Of a DNA stretch of 64,000 nt, positions 14,949-29,799 are shown piece by piece. The DNA lies in assembly GCF_006345805.1 (NCBI RefSeq), contig NC_043009.1, positions 15,562,001-15,626,000 of the forward strand, written 5' to 3'. Every line of letters starts with the position of its first letter. Within the stretch, counting starts at the first letter, position 1. The stretch is from Octopus sinensis (taxonomy: Eukaryota). The position numbers were made by a program, and so were the translations under genes. The notes under the pieces were generated by a model. The model was given only the letters and a program-made list of their open reading frames with translations, did not search any database and had not been told where the DNA came from.

Positions 14949-15549
14949 ATATATACATGCTTACACTCACAAAATATGGGTACATATATTTCCACACAAA
15001 CTCACACACATATATATGTATACATTTACATATACAACTGTGAATTCATGCATATACATAAGTTTTGTATGTGTATGACAATCTGTGTAGGGCGTGGGTG
15101 TTTATTGAAATTTTTTTGTCGTCCACATATTTATATAAACATATGTGTAACAGTAAAAAAGAAGCTTCTATAATTTGTGTGCAGCACATTTGAAGATATA
15201 TTTGGAGAATATATATTGTCCCATGTAATTTTATTTTGAGAAATATATATATATATATTATATACGTGAAAAAGCGAACATTACCGGAATAATATATTGT
15301 TTGGATTTATGAATATTCCCTTGCATGTCATACTGAGTTTCTTGATTTCATTATCTTATCTCCAATTTTTTCTATCATTCCGCCTTCAGTTGCTGTCTTT
15401 TATTACCCATCTCTCACAATATCACTCCTTCACATACCCCGTCTCTCTCCTACCCTATCTCATACTTTGATTTTGATTACCTGTTTACAGTCCAGTGGAT
15501 TCTTGTTGTACATGAAGTGAGTATTTATTATTTTATTTTAACTTTAGTC

Positions 15550-16450
15550 AATATATTCCATTTTCGATGCATTGAAACATATATTAGACAGGAAAAATAT
15601 CTGCTTTAGCTTTTGTACTTTCATAATACACAGCAATATATTTCCTAGAATGTTGCTGCAACAAATATTTACATTTTGTGAGCTAGAAGATATTTTATTA
15701 AGAAATACATAACTTAGTGAATTGTACATAATAATATTATGGCTATTTTACAACATAGATTTTTGCTTATATTGAAAATAAGCTGAAAATTTAAAGGATT
15801 CTTAAGCTTTTTTCTTTTGTATCTGCAGTAATCTTCCATGATTTGTTAATTATCATAAGTATAATCGATCGACATCATTTTCTTGGATTCTATGTAATAC
15901 TTCTAAAGTGTTATTTTTGATATTTTCAAGATAATATCTTGGGGTATTTTCAATTATTAATTTTACGAACTCCGTTTCCCTCCATCGCGTTACTACAATT
16001 GAATTTTTATAAACCTGAAAGGACAAATAACAATATAAATCAGAAATACCAAACGCAAGTATTATTACAAAGGACATTAAATATATTTGATAATGCAACA
16101 TGGGTTCTGAAATCCGTGCAAGAAATTTTAATATTATGTCCTCACAAAATCAGGAGATCTATTGTAAAGTTAATTTGATAGGATATTTTCTTTCTGTTTC
16201 TATCGGTATTTCATTTGGACACAATGTCTTTTGGACACCTAAGGCTTTTGGACATCATTTGGACATCTCTGTATTTTTCTCTGATCATATTAAATGCTTC
16301 ACACATACCCAGATTTTGATTGTTATAAAAATTAATTCAGTGTAAATGATAGATTTTATTTACGAAAATTTACTAGTGAAAACAACTGAAATATGATCGA
16401 CTGAATATTTAGAATAGTCATCACTGTAATACATTCTCTAGAAATCATTG
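15550..16450 (-). mobile_element. Old Dong/R4-like LINE remnant
   Basis: ORF 15853-16101 contains VVTRWRETEF..TPR..QENDVDRLYL, the thumb-region motif also seen at 503-688. Confidence 0.5.
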
Positions 16451-17899
16451 CGCCAAAATGTACATCTCTAATTGCTTAGGATTGTTTACGAGGGTTTGAT
16501 CTCCATATTACCTCTAGTTTTAAGAGAGATGAATATCGTGAACTTGCAGCTGATAAAATGGATGTTTGTTTCTTCTTTATATGACGCAAATGGTACTGAT
16601 AAAAGCGTGTGCATCAGACTCGTTTTTGCACCTTATAGTTCGGTACCGCGTATCATTCATCCAAATTTCTTAATGTTTTATATTTCTTTACTCACTCAAG
16701 TTACAAGGTTTTTTCTACACTCTAGTTAGGGCTAACAGAATGATTGTGGTACATATTACAATGCTTACGTGATATACGAAATGCACGGTCGGTATCTACA
16801 CCCACGTATCAACATGAGATGCTTCTTCGTGCTTGCTTTCCAGAAAACACTAGAAACATCTGTTGTTGTTTATAAATAAACATGATCATCCGTAAAGTTG
16901 ACTCGTACTCACACGCGTAGCACTTCAATGATTTGCCTTTTCCAATAACTGATCTCCTCTTTTTAGCATATGTATAACTGTTTCGTAGGCATGGCATTTT
17001 CGAGTAGAATATGTATATCCATACGGAAATGAACTAATGACTTGCTTTTTCCCCAGTTCTTTAACCAAACTACAGGTTTTAGCTCCCATCAATATCTGTA
17101 GCTCTGACGCTTAACTGCACTCAAAGTTTACCACCACTCACATCGTATATACAAGTTCAATAACCAACACCACTATTGCATTATCATAACTTGGTAGAAA
17201 GAGTACGGTTCCAGGCGCAGAATATGGACAATGTTCTTTCAGATTCCTTTTTCGAAAACATATGGACTATCAGCATTTTTTCAGCAAAATCTGTATATCT
17301 CTTTCTCTTAGCCGGTTTTTGTTTTCAGGTTTATTTTTTGTTTTCTGTTTGGTGGGTCAGCGGTAATTTTTTAGTGAAGGACGCATTTCTTTTGTAATGT
17401 TCATCTTACACATTTTTCGGGAATTTTGTGCCTCGGAACACGTTTTGAATTGAAACGCTAATAAAAAATTATTGTCTATTCTGTTGTTATTTAACTAAAT
17501 GTTTCTTGTGCTTTTAAGCTGTAACAGTAAATGTTTCATTTTGAAGCTGTGCTTGTTTTATTGCAACTTTCTACTTGTAAGAAACTTACAAGGGACATCG
17601 CTTTCACCATCAAACTACTACTATGACTGTAGCATCTACTCTTCTTACCACAGGCATAGCCAATACAGGGATCGTCAAAATGTATACATGTTTAACAAAA
17701 ATGATTAAATAACAGCTTATTCTATCGCAGGAAATGGAGCGAACACTTCAATAATATAAAACCATTTTGCTGTATAAGTTAAGTAAAAATACTGCCTTTG
17801 CCTTTCATTCAGTGAATCGGGAAATCTCCCTCACCTTATGAGCGTTGGTTCTTTTGAACGCTTTCCTTCGCGTGAACAATCGAAGTGAATAATAGAAGT

Positions 17900-17951
17900 G
17901 GCAGCAGCAGTAGCACTAGTAGTAGCAGCAGTAGTAGTAATAATAATAGTG

Positions 17952-17985
<34 letters not shown>

Positions 17986-17986
17986 C

Positions 17987-18059
<73 letters not shown>

Positions 18060-18190
18060 AAGTTGTAGTAGTAGAAGTTGTAGTAGTAGCAGCAGTAGCA
18101 GCATTAGTAGCAGTTGTAGTTGCAGCAACAACAATAATAATGATGATGAAGATGATGATGATAATAATGATAATAATAATAATAATAATA
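17900..18190. repeat. (AGT)n/(AAT)n compound microsatellite
   Basis: Direct reading. Confidence 0.95.
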
Positions 18191-18585
18191 GTTCAACTCT
18201 AACAACACTGGATAAAAACAACAGGAAAGCGCCTATATAAGAATATCTAAATAGAATACGAAATCAACTTGAGAGAGGAAATGTAAGAAAAAAAAAACCC
18301 GAAATAATAGAGAAAGTAAAAAGGAAATAAGAGAGTATCGGAAGCAGATTCACAGAGTCACACACAACCACATACATGCAAAGAAGAAAGCACAAATAGA
18401 TAAAAATCAATCCAAGTGCAACTAATAATGGCTGAATTGTTCTGTAAGTCATGCAAGTAGAATAATTAATTGGAATGTGTATCGTTATTTTGATGTTGCT
18501 CTTTGTCTTACATCACATTCTCACCATCACCATCACCACCAAACCAATAAAAGCAGCACTAGCACCTACACCTGAAACAAAACCC

Positions 18586-18608
18586 TACTACTACTACTAC
18601 TACTACTG

Positions 18609-18652
<44 letters not shown>

Positions 18653-18691
18653 GCAACAACTACTACTACTACTACGACGACGACGACAACG

Positions 18692-18734
<43 letters not shown>

Positions 18735-18955
18735 TCTTCTTTTTCTACTATATCTAGCAATAATATCACGTCAAATGGTACCACTCTTTTCAGTACGACA
18801 AGCTCGTCTACTACTATCCTTAGTAACAATAATAATACTTGAAATGACACCACCACGGCCAAGTTCACAAACACCGCCACCACCACTATCACATCCGCAC
18901 CACTACTACTACCACCACCACCACCGCCAGTACTACTGTTATTACTACTACTACT
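18586..18955. repeat. (ACT)n/(ACC)n compound microsatellite
   Basis: Direct reading. Confidence 0.9.
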
Positions 18956-19535
18956 GACAAACGCTTATTAGTAGCAATTATTCGCAAAACACTAAAGCGA
19001 ATGAAAAGAGTACGACAACTCTATCATTTCTGCAAATACTATACTGTCACGATCACCCTCATCACCGCAAATAAGATTCGTACCGATGTAATTTGCTATG
19101 TACAGTTTCTCGAAAGCTTGTAACGACAGGAAGAAAACATGTTGGCCATAATTAACAAATCTTTAGAATGAGATTCTGATGTCTGCAATATAGAAAGAGA
19201 TATAAAACGTATAAGAGAAGGGATTTGAATAGTGCTCAGAAGCAATATATGTATTTTGCAATACAAATACGGTGAGAAAATGAGGAAAAATTAAACAAGA
19301 GAAAAGAAGTTTAACATAAAAACATCAAAATCAAGGTAATAAAAGCAAAAATAATGGAAAAACCAGAACGCATCTTAAAGAATTTTATCTGCTAGGAGGA
19401 TTAAGGTGACTCTTTAATTGAGATTAATTCATTTGATGTTTCCTTACTTTATGTTTCTTGTAATTTTAAATTAAAGTAGATGCGGTTTTGAGTCTTCACG
19501 CTGAATCATTTAGAACACATAGCAATATATATATA

Positions 19536-19578
<43 letters not shown>

Positions 19579-19580
19579 CG

Positions 19581-19640
<60 letters not shown>

Positions 19641-20135
19641 CACATATATATATATACGCACATTTCGCCCTTAATGTGTTTCAGAGCAGTTTCTTGAACA
19701 CGAGACTGTAAACACAAATATGGACGCTAGCACATAAAATGCCAAACATATTGAAATGACAAAAATGCCTTACGCAAACACACATAAACACGCCATATTT
19801 ACACAACATTTTGACGTACCACAACGTGTTATACACACACAAAATGTGTGTAATATATGTATATTTGAAAAATGCATTAAATTAGAATCGTAATATGAAC
19901 GCCAGAAAACACGCTTCAAGTCACACGCAGGAAACATCCTGACACATATACACACAGTATAAATCGCTTCTCATAAGATACACACTTGCAAAACTAGTCA
20001 CAAATACACTCCGCATATGCACACGTATAGAAATGCACGCTGTAAGCAAATGCGAATTGATTTCATTTTTTATATAACAATGAAACGTTTAATCGACATA
20101 ATTAAACTTTTGAGTTGGACAAATTTCCTGAATCT

Positions 20136-20640
20136 TCATCACCATCATCATCATCATCATCGTCGTCGACGTAATCATCATCATCATCATCATTACCATC
20201 ATCATAATCGTAATCATCACAACCGTTATGACCATCGCTATATTTATTGTCCTCAACAATATTATCATCGTCTTCATCGTTGAAATCACCATAACATTCA
20301 CCAAAATAATTACCATCGTCTTCGTTCACATCATCGTCATCATCAGTATCCTTAGCAACACCGTCACCTCCATCACCTTCATCCTCATAATCACTGTTAC
20401 GCGCGCTCTGATATACTTTTCACTCTCTCCTTTTCCTCCTTTGCCACATCGTCAGCATTATTTTCATTACCATTAACATCCCCGTCCCCATTCTTGATAT
20501 AAACGTCAGCATAATTAACATGGTTATTACCATGGACATTCCTTTGCTAACCATCGACACCACCACTGACACCGTCCCAACAACCACCACCACCACCACC
20601 TGCTCCATCATCATCATCATCATTATCATCATTGTGTTGA
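20136..20640. repeat. Degenerate (CAT)n/(CAC)n low-complexity tract
   Basis: Direct reading. Confidence 0.8.
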
Positions 20641-22299
20641 TCATCGAAACATATAGCAGAAATCTTTCCTACTCGACCTACTAGAAAAAGCAACTATATT
20701 TTCAAATCACAATAAGAATATGTTAATAAACAGAAGGAAATAAACAAAATAAACAAAAGGAAATTTTTGGATAATCACTAGTATAAAATCTTACTAATGG
20801 GGTTGACAACAATAATACTTGAATATATTTTAACGTAATTGGACCGATAACCTCAGTTAACTCTTGCCTCTTCTAGACAGACTTTTTTCAGTCTGAGATT
20901 GGTTTTATGAGAGATTGTGTATGTCATTAGATTAATATTCATTTTAATTGTATTGTTATTCTTTATTCATTTCATTTATTTCTCCTTCTTTTTTCTGGCT
21001 TTCGTTTTGAAATTCATGTTTTTCTTATTTTCTTCTCATTGATTTTTTTTTATGATGCTTCAATATATCTATTATTCTATGCATTTTGTCCTTGATATTT
21101 TCCTTGTTTCTTTCCTTTTCCATTGTTTCTTCCTACTCGTGCCATTTAAATCACCCTTTACTTTTCCACACCTTCAGTTTCTAAACATTTTCTTTCCAGC
21201 CATTCTTTGCCTCCTCTCATATATTTATTTCTTTTATGTACTTCCATTAGACAAAGTAACATTTGTTTTCTTTAGTCATTGATTTTCATCAGATTATGTC
21301 TCCGAATGTTCCTTCACACAAATTGTCTTGTTAAAAAATTCCAAACTTCTCCAACTATCAACAGAAAATTCTTCCTACTCTTCAGGCAACTCTAAACAAC
21401 GCACATATATTCAAAACTCATTTGATATTTTCTCATATGAAAACTGTGACCAGAACTATAATTATTTCTGCACATATTGAATCAACTGACCAAAGTTTTA
21501 TTATCACTATCGAAACTATATATGCATGCTTCTACAAAGTAATCCCCACTTGCGAACACTATAGTACTTATATTCTAATGATTTCTCGGAGTCTGCTATT
21601 TCTTTTGTAACTGCCCTGTCAGAAACAGTGTTTCAACAAAACCCCGTTAGAAATATCTTAGCAAGTGAGTTAACCACCCTACCAAAGGTTTTCGTCAACA
21701 TATTATAGGTAAAAGCTCAAAACACATAGAGACAAGTGTTTTCACAAAAGTAGTGATCTTCATGTTCAGATTATGACGCAGTATCGACATTAACGTATAC
21801 ACTTCAATTGATCTAAACCAATTTATGTTTTACACCGAATGTATGAAAGGCGAAACTGACATTAGTCGGGCGTGGATAGTGGATGTAAAGTGCCTGAACT
21901 ACCAGTGCAACGTAATTTGTGCAACGTTCTAATGATTAAGCTGACCGACAAGAAAACAGCACACTTGTCAGAATAGTAATATGAAATATTTCCTTACTTT
22001 CGGTAGAAAAGACTTTTCTTATGCATGATATTTAGTAACAAACCATATTCCTACTCAGTTCGTGTGAGCTACTGGACTTTAGTATTCAAATTGTCTTTGT
22101 TTTAAAACCTTAGGTTCCTCACTATCACATTTACAATGCAGCATACCAGTGTAGTGTGATATCAAGGGTTACATATTTTGGCGTAGGAGATTATGTTTAT
22201 GTCAGTATATGTCTTGCTATGTTGTGGGTTTCTGTTGCTGATGTTGTTACTTCCTATGTTCTAGTGGCAATCGATGGTAGACTAAATTCTCTTGTTTTT

Positions 22300-22960
22300 A
22301 CTTGCTGTTCCTGACGCTTCCGGACTTGTAGTTAGTGCTTAAATCGCTTAACTTGCGGTTGTTGTAGTTGTTGTGGATGTTCCTCAGTGTTTTCTACGTG
22401 TAGCCTTTGTGGTGTTCGCAGTTGAAAGGGACTTCTTTCGGAAGTTCTTTTTGATGATCTTCTGGCAGATAAACTTGGAGTTTCTGCCCTCCGCAGAACT
22501 CTTTTATTGTGGTCTAATGGTCATATTTGTGCCTATGTCGAGTTCTGAATAACTTGTCACCTCTCAGTCCCACTTTGGCACATTCCTCCACTCCCGTATT
22601 AATCCCAATATCCTTGCTGAAAATACGGACGACTTTTTAATGAATTCTACTCAGTGGTATTCTTGGTGAAAATCCTTAAGGCATCCATATATAGGAAATG
22701 GTTTGTAGTTTGTCTATAGTATTTGTAACTCATCGGGACTTCATCTCAGAAGTTTGTTTGTGGAGTCAAGACAAGGTTGAAAAGTAGGTGGTGACAACGC
22801 GTCTCCTTCAAACTTTATCTTCTTATGGGTGTGGGACAGCAGTTGATGACTCGTAACTTATGTTTCAATGTTATACTGATTTTCTAATTTCTCATTGCAC
22901 GATTGATATATTTTAGTAGATTTGGAGCTACTTTATTTGTGGTAAATTATTTTATTGGAT
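22300..22960 (-). mobile_element. REL-LINE reverse-transcriptase core remnant
   Basis: Minus strand FEGDALSP and TNHFLYMDALRIFTK (cf. GIFQGDSLSP, NHLLYMDDLKLF). Confidence 0.7.
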
Positions 22961-22979
22961 ATTTGCTATGTAGAGCGTG

Positions 22980-24670
22980 TCTTGTGTTTGTGGATTGTTT
23001 TATTTGGATTGTGGTCTAATGCTCATATTGAGAGTGCCTTGCGTAGAATGTGGGATGTTCCTAGCAAGGCTATTTTTTGAATAGGGTAAAACATTCAGGA
23101 GCCAGATATAGCTTCTACGTTTTTGTTCACATGTATTTTGTTATCATGCCCCATACTCCAATTATTACTGGTAGTTTTTTCATCTTGAATACTTCAATTT
23201 CGAGGTTTTTGTACTTGGATAATTTCTCCACTTCTTTCTGTACAATATTTTGGTCAAAAAGAAATGTAATGTAAGTAGGTGCTTTTGTTTCCAATCCTTG
23301 ATTATTATGTCTGGAAGACCAGCCTTTAACTCTTTGTCGGTTTAAATAGGCATATCCCAGATAGTTGTTGTCTGTTATAGTGTTGGCATATTGTCCAGTG
23401 AATATAATTATTTATTCGGTCATTTCTGTTCAGATTTGGCAGGGATCGGACATCCAGAGATGATGTGGTTAACTGTCTCATTGCGCTGGTTGCACATTCT
23501 GCATTTGGTTTTAGGACCTGTTTTCATTATTTTGCATTTTTAGTTGTTTGTAGTCAGACATTAATGATGAGCAGAGAAAGTCTGTCTTTCTGTTTAAGCT
23601 TTTGAGCCATTGTTGGCTTTTACTTAGGCTCACTTTCTCTCTGTCAAGCCTTGCAAGGTGATGGCCATGGAGTGATTTTCCTCTCCATTTCTTCTTTAGT
23701 ATGTTCTGTAGTTCTGTTTTGTCTGACTGTTTCTTTGATGTTGTCAACTGAGGCCACTGCATCAGTGTAGTTTGATTCTGTTGTGTATTTTGTCGCCTCC
23801 TTCTGTATAGAAAAATGCATTTTCTTTTTTCTTGTTGCCTTATTACAAGCAATAGTCTCCTCTTTTTTCTTTCTAAGTACTTTTCTTGTCCAAGTTTTGT
23901 TATTTTATAGTAGTTTTCTATCTATATCAGGCTACGGCCTCATTCTGTATATTGTGACTTTCTGTCTGCATCTGTTTTCGAGTGGTGAGTTCGGTTTGCT
24001 GCAAATAGTTTTCTGGGTTTTCCAAGTTTCTCATTTCACTGATCTTCCCGTTTATTATGTTGATGCTACAATTTATGATTGGTATGGCTACCATGTTTAC
24101 TCTCCTTATCTTATTGTTAGAATTAAGTTCATTGTTTTAAGCATTGTGTGTTTAACATTTGTGTAACTCTTCTGTAATACTCTCCTAAGTTTCTCTTTCT
24201 GTAAGTTGTATTTTAGTTGTTGCGGCTATTCCTAGATATTTGAAGGGCGATTGTGTTCTACTTTCCTGGTTTCTGTGTCTACATCGAGTGCAATGATTTC
24301 AGTTCTGATTAATTTAACTTTTCTCGGTGTTGCTTAGGTACATTTGTCCAGCCTCATGCATACCCCAAAGTTCTTGCCGAAAATATGGACAATTTAAAAA
24401 TTTTATCTATTCCGTGGTATTTTTAGTGAAAGTTTTAAAATCATCCATGTACAGGAGATGGTTCATTGTTTGTCCATAGCATTCATAACCCATCGTGGTT
24501 TCATTTAACAAGTTTATTAGCGTGGTCAGAGAAAGGCAGAACAGCAAGAGTGACAGTGAGACTCCCTGGAAAATCCCCCTTCATATTTGTAGAGGGCAGG
24601 TTTTAATGACTTGTGATTCATTTTTCAATGTTATACTAGTTTTTCAATTTGCCATTACATATTTGATATA
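22980..24670 (-). mobile_element. Dong/R4-like LINE from RT to 3' end, decayed
   Basis: RGIFQGVSLSLLLFC, MNHLLYMDDFK, KKWRGKSLHG, CCHC finger KCRMCNQRNETVNHIISGC, IQKIALLGTSHILRKAL*. Confidence 0.9.
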
Positions 24671-24793
24671 TTTTAGTAGTGTTATTGCTATTATTATTAT
24701 TATTATTATTATCATTATTATCATCATCATCATCTTCGTTGTCGTCGTTGTCGTCATCATCATCATCACCAACATCATCATTATCATTATTCG

Positions 24794-24895
24794 ATAAGTT
24801 CTTCGATAAGTTCTAATTCTTTTTTTCATTATTCTTGTTCTCCTACAATCACTGGTATTGAAACCGCCTTGAGATATCACGTTTGTTCAATTTCA

Positions 24896-24897
<2 letters not shown>
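24794..24897 (-). mobile_element. Short REL-LINE fragment nearly identical to 26240-26340, between two (ATT)n tracts
   Basis: tcttcgataagttctaattc..tcctacaatcactggtattgaaaccgcctt..gatatcacgttt occurs at both sites. Confidence 0.8.
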
Positions 24898-24974
<77 letters not shown>

Positions 24975-24981
24975 TATTATT

Positions 24982-25625
24982 GAATTGTCTTTGCACAGCT
25001 TCTAACGCCAGAGATGTACTACCAGTGAACTAAGGTACCATCCATTACTTTTTGAGCAACATCCGGAGTATTTGAGCGGTTCCAAGCAGTGTTGTTTTCT
25101 GCAGGCGCTCCACCCTTATCGCAGCCCCTATTTGTTGCATGTACTTCTCAAACTTTTTACCCACAGTTCCCATGACTTCGATAGTTATTGGTACTACTAC
25201 CATTTTGTCCAAGGACCACAACCGCTTAACCTCCCATGCTAAAATGTTATATATATCGACTTATCTTTCTTCCTTATCGCATACCTTGTTGTCAGCTGGG
25301 TATGCTATATCTATCATCCAGCATCGTTTGCTTTCTGTCTCAATTAACACTATGTCTGGTTTCCTATTCTCTATCACATGGTCGCACTGAATCATAAAAT
25401 GCCATAGGATCTTTGCTTTACCATTTTCGATTATACCTTCGGGTTATGTTCGTAACGCTTTTTGCTCGGTCAAGTCCATACTTTTTTGGAAAGTGCCCAA
25501 TGGACAATACGTGCTGTGTTGTCATGATGTCCCTCATATTCTTTCTGACTAGTGGGGTATATTGACTTGTAATATGCCATACGATTTCACCATTTTGTCC
25601 ACAAATCCAGCACCTATCACTTTCA
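24982..25625 (-). mobile_element. Dong/R4-like LINE 3' end (REL domain) with (AAT)n tail
   Basis: DHVIENRKPDIVLIE..CWMIDIAYP; LQKTTLLGTAQILR; 3' UTR shared with 32975-33052. Confidence 0.9.
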
Positions 25626-25699
25626 GAGTTTTAAAACAAATAAATTGGGGGAGAGGAAAGAAAATTTAAAGTGACAATGCTCTTCTCAATACGTGTGAC

Positions 25700-27130
25700 G
25701 TACCAGTTGAGATAATCTTTTGCAATTCCTGTATGGATGGTAAGCCAGGCATCATTCTTAAATGATTTTCAGTTCCTTTTTTGGCCATTCCAAGTGCTCC
25801 TAGAATCACTAGTATTGTAAACGACGTGAGATGTCACATATTTTCGATTTCGATTAGCAGATCTTTATATTTTCTGAGCTTATCAAATTATTTTTCCAAG
25901 ATGTTATGCTCACAGCTTATGCTCATGTCAATCAATAAACAAACCTATTATTATTATCATCATTATTATCAACACCCATTTCTATTATTATTATCATCAT
26001 TATTATCAACACCCATTTCTTACCGAGTGCCATCCCGACACCTAGGTCAAAGAAAGTCACAATATACATTCGTCAGACATTAAAATGAACACATCACATT
26101 GTTCATTTACAAAATCAAATGCAGTTGTGTAGAAAAAATATATTCCCATTTAATGATGTAGTTCTCACAGCGACAATAAGTGTGGCGTGGCAGTGAAAGC
26201 AATATTTGCACATTTTGCATGGATAGTAAACCAGGCATCTTTCTTCGATAAGTTCTAATTCTTTTTTTCATCATTCCTAGTTCTCCTACAATCACTGGTA
26301 TTGAAACCGCCTTCAGATATCACGTTTATTCAATTTCAATACGCAAATCTTCACATGTGCTGAACTTCTCAAATTCTTTTACCACAATATTATGATCACA
26401 AACTTTATTGCTTTGTATTTTGCAACAATATCCGGCTTATTGGCTTTGATAGTCCTCTCTGTATTTGCAGGGAAGTCCCGGACAATCGCTACATTTTCTC
26501 CCTCAGCTATAATGTCAGGGTATTATTTATACCACTTGTCAACAGTTTTGATTTTATAATACCAACATACTAACCAGTGTAGATATTGACCAACTCTGGA
26601 ATGTCTTGCTTCTTATACTGCTACTGCTAAAACTTTATATCCAATGCTTAAGTGGACCAGCTTCAATCTTATCATATGACTTTGCTTTTATCATTAATTT
26701 TACTTTCATTCCGGCAACAGTTGCCATACTTCCTTCAAACTGTTCGACTTGGCTATCATTCACGAAATCAGTAGCAAATATTTTTCTCTCCTTCAAGATA
26801 GAAGGAAGTTCCGACGCCTCATTTTCTTTTCAACTGATGTTAGCATCCAGTTGTTAGTCATTTCAAGATATTGGGTCCGTCCAATTCTGGTAGATTTGTA
26901 AGGAAATTCAAACAGGATCTAGCCTCCTCAAGCTCTGAGAAGGTAAAGATGATCCACGTCTGCATTTGGGTGATGCAGTTTTATTACATCTCAGCGGTTT
27001 ACGAATTTTCTATTTTTCTTTTTTTTTTCACTGATATTCCAGTTTAACACATTGAAGCTATAAGTAGCAACTGGAAACGCTAAAGAATCCATGGTTAGCA
27101 CTTTATAACATGCATTTTGCTCATATGTCA
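25700..27130 (-). mobile_element. Two or more Dong/R4-like LINE fragments
   Basis: LVILGALG near 25800; ANKPDI near 26440; IPVIVGELGMMKK; HHPNADVDHLYL..GG near 26920-26980. Confidence 0.8.
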
Positions 27131-27626
27131 GAACTGCCCGAAATCTGCCATAACATTACAGCCTGATCTTGTAATTTCTGCTTGCATGCTAGATGCTAGA
27201 ACCTTCATTTATTGCTAGCCATTTACAGGTTTTGTTGTGTGTGGACGCCCCCACACGATGAAGTTGGCTATCCCAATACGTAGATATAAAGGGAGAAGTT
27301 TAGACATCGGGAGTTGAGTAGAGGTCATCGGAAAATACGATATAACAGGTTTGTTCTTGCTCAACTCTTTCAACATCTAACATGACTAAATTTGAGCTGG
27401 TTAATTTCCCTTTCTCGAAAGTGGCCTCAGCACAGTAATGAAGGCCTTAGTGCATCCCAATGTCATCATTGAATGATTTTGCATTACGTAACAAGGCTTC
27501 AATATCTTATCATTTTATTTTGCTTCATCCTTGTATGTCATCCGTATAAAATATAAGGCTTATTTTCTAGTCAATTTTATAATTTTATAAACATACACTG
27601 TTCTAAGTTCACTTGTAAGTGGTATT

Positions 27627-27853
27627 AGAGCTGGCAGAAACGTTAGCGCGCCGGGCGAAATGCCTAGCAGTATTTTGTCTGCCGCTACATTCTGAGTTCA
27701 AATTTCACCGAGGTCGACTTTACCTTTCATCCTTTCGGGGTCGATTAAATAAGTACCAGTTACGCACTGGAGTCAATGTAATCGACTTAATCGGTTTGTC
27801 TGTCCTTGTTTGTCTCCTCTATGTGTAGCCCCTTGTGGGCAGTTAAGAAATGG
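27627..27853 (+). mobile_element. SINE family A, near full length
   Basis: gagctggcagaaacgttagcgcgccgggcgaaatgc..gagttcaaat..gaggtcgactttacctttcatcctttcggggtcgat..agccccttgtgggcagttaagaaa. Confidence 0.9.
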
Positions 27854-28426
27854 GTATTAGAGCTTTTCTACTACTACTACTACTGCTACTGCTGCTGCTG
27901 CCATTTTTGGTATTTGCTTTTACAATGAGAATTTATCCATTCATGATCTAAATTATTATCAAATATTTATTTATCAAGTTAACACAGAATTATTCATGTT
28001 TTAGCAGCTCAATAATAATGCCTTAAATAAAATCAAATGCTGTTATACAACAAAAAACACACTGGTTCATTTAGTTATTTATATTTACATTAATTATTAC
28101 ATAAAAAAGCAGATTTAATCATTTAATTGCTAAATTGTTTACATAATATTGTTTCACTTCAGAATTTTTTATGATTTAATTGTATAATAATAGTTTATTT
28201 ATTCATTAACATAAAAGACTAACATTTTCCTCATGATTTGATTCTATGAAAATTATGCCATAATTATTAATAATAATTACTCATTTAAAAGTGTTCATAA
28301 CATTTGTACATTATATTGAAATTAGCAATGTCAAGTCTAGTTCTTCTCAAATGAAGCCAGCATTACGGAATGGCATGGGATTGTTATGCGGAATGCTGGT
28401 GTTTAACTTGCTCGTTGTTCTTCTAA

Positions 28427-28803
28427 TCTATATATACATATAAAGCTGAAGTTGTCTGTGTGTTCAACTAACACTATCTCCCCCGAGACCCTGCGGCGCA
28501 AGTTGACCGAAATTGAGTATATGATAGAAGAAAGCTTGCTCTTCATTCCGTGGAAGATCAAATTCAAATTGGACCATGTTAAGACCAAAAATTATTTACT
28601 GCAAAAAAGTAATTTTTTTCTATGAAAATCCCTATGTTTTATGATTTTCTGACTGTTGTGTCGCCATTTTTCGGTGTATTTCAACCAGAAAAATGTTCTC
28701 TTAAAGAGAATAACTAGCTACATAATGCGAAATTTTTACTTTTCAAAAATTCCATTTCTAAAGGGTCGAAACAAACCCGAGCGACACCGGGCGATACTGC
28801 TAG
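28427..28803 (+). mobile_element. Non-autonomous Helitron
   Basis: 5' TCTATATAT start, subterminal hairpin CCCGagcgacacCGGG (28776-28791), CTAG end, inserted between A and T without TSD. Confidence 0.85.
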
Positions 28804-29799
28804 TAATATCTAAATTTGATAAGATATTTATATTTTAAAAGGAAATTTAACATAACTCATGGAGATCCGGCAGATTTCATAACACATGGAGATCCGGTAG
28901 ATTTCATTACGTAATTCTTTAATTCTTTTAGCATTTTATACAAATACATTTAACATAGGGGGCTTTAATCTGCACAATTATTTTAAACAAGAATAACATC
29001 TGAAGAGGATAGTTTAAGAAAATGTGAATCAAATTAACTGCACTATATTAGCAATAGCATAGTCAAGATGGTGTGACTAAATAGGTAGAATAGTATGTTG
29101 GCAAGGGGCCTAAACTATCGACGTTGAGAAGCACAAATCGTTGTTTTGCTGGAGCTTGCTGTGGGTAGCAACATGTGTAGACAGAACGGATGGAAGGAGG
29201 TAGTGAACACACTGACCAAACAAAATGTGTATTTCTGAGCACAATACACTTTTATTTGAACCTAGTATGTGAAAATAATTTTCAGCGATGTCCTGTGTGA
29301 GTCTAATTAGTTCGTCCAATCGAGTATCGTAACTCTACCTCTGTATGTGAGCAAACAATCCAAGTGACGTCTTAATCCCCTGCTATCCACTTCCAAAATT
29401 CATGTAGTAAAAATTAGTTGGAAAACACACCAGTTACGAAATAGCTCTTCTTAAGCAACCCTATCTTATTAGATCCCTCGAAATTTCCCCAATTCTTGAA
29501 TTCTTTGAAAAATATAATTACTCTTTTACAGATTTGTTTTCGTAACACATTGTAAGGATCAAAGAAATTCACTCCTATAAGTTTTATGATGATACTCATT
29601 CTTTCGTTCACTTTTGTCATAGCAATAATTCATGGGAAAGTAAATAGCGGTTTATAAAGAAGAGGATTGACCTTGTTCGATCAGTTTATAGCATTTTAGG
29701 AGTATGCGTTCACATTCCTCTCATATCTTTAAAACATAGATTACATTTCAATTTGTTTCGCGCTTTCACACTCACACATGCATAACGACAAGCATAACA

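Noticed and set aside
28852-28910. 28-bp tandem duplication (similar 22-bp case at 48138-48190)
   Set aside because: Ordinary local slippage duplications
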